Shown here: in pieces, positions 53,678 to 53,888 of the stretch
Position numbering within the stretch: the first letter of the stretch is position 1
Layout: each line of letters starts with the position of its first letter
The notes under the pieces: model-generated
Told to the model about the DNA's origin: nothing
Seen by the model: the letters and a program-made list of their open reading frames with translations, nothing else
Databases searched by the model: none
Assembly: GCA_038045985.1 (NCBI GenBank)
Contig: JBBSXA010000009.1
Location: forward strand, 1-53,888
DNA: 53,888 nt
DNA from: Nanobdellota archaeon
GTDB taxonomy: Archaea > Nanobdellota > Nanobdellia > Pacearchaeales > GW2011-AR1
Direction of reading: 5' to 3'
Translations under genes and position numbers: made by a program

Positions 53678-53888
53678 TTAAACCAAGTATTCCAGCACAT
53701 TATTTACTTTATATAAAAGTCTTATACATAGAAAGATTGGAGAAGTAAATAATATGAAGACAAAAGAGATGATAAATCAAAAGATTAAGCTAGCCATTCA
53801 ATAAACAGATAAGAAATGTTTTTAGGTGAGAAAATTAATAGTTTAGCAAGAAATCCGCATAGTTTAATGTGCGGATGAATTGCGTTAC

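Overview
Low-GC (about one third G+C by eye) archaeal window. Archaeal markers are the L7Ae-S28e-L24e ribosomal cluster, Kae1 and a Sec11/SipW-type signal peptidase. DNA gyrase, many small genes and several giant, sequon-rich surface proteins suggest a DPANN-like lineage (inference). I recognised no rRNA, tRNA or CRISPR array. There are three blocks. (1) 1-19.4 kb and 30-38.9 kb are a cell-surface/accessory island. It holds a signal-peptidase operon with beta-rich fibre-like proteins, two paralogous cadherin-like adhesins, a 1328-aa cadherin-like protein and a 1798-aa beta-helix protein. It also holds a 1774-aa Tc-toxin-like Rhs/YD protein (SpvB-N-like region, six Cys-stapled FG-GAP blades, YD shell, Rhs core, 186-aa C-terminal tip). 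That gene is followed by an overlapping putative immunity gene, a membrane protein and a near-identical orphan copy of the Rhs core. (2) 19.4-29.5 kb holds MoxR-DUF58-VWA, a TrmB regulator, a HEPN/nucleotidyltransferase pair, a NYN protein and a YchF-type GTPase. (3) 38.9-53.9 kb is housekeeping: Kae1 with an insert, the ribosomal cluster with a textbook K-turn in the L7Ae leader and two foreign genes inserted, CutA, GyrA, and GyrB split by a 431-aa intein with an HNH-like core. The best candidate for an undescribed system is the archaeal Tc/Rhs polymorphic-toxin locus and its recombination scar. Next are the SipW-linked fibre operon and the RHH-adhesin-MoxR/VWA gene string. All family calls are motif recognition by eye; no searches were run.
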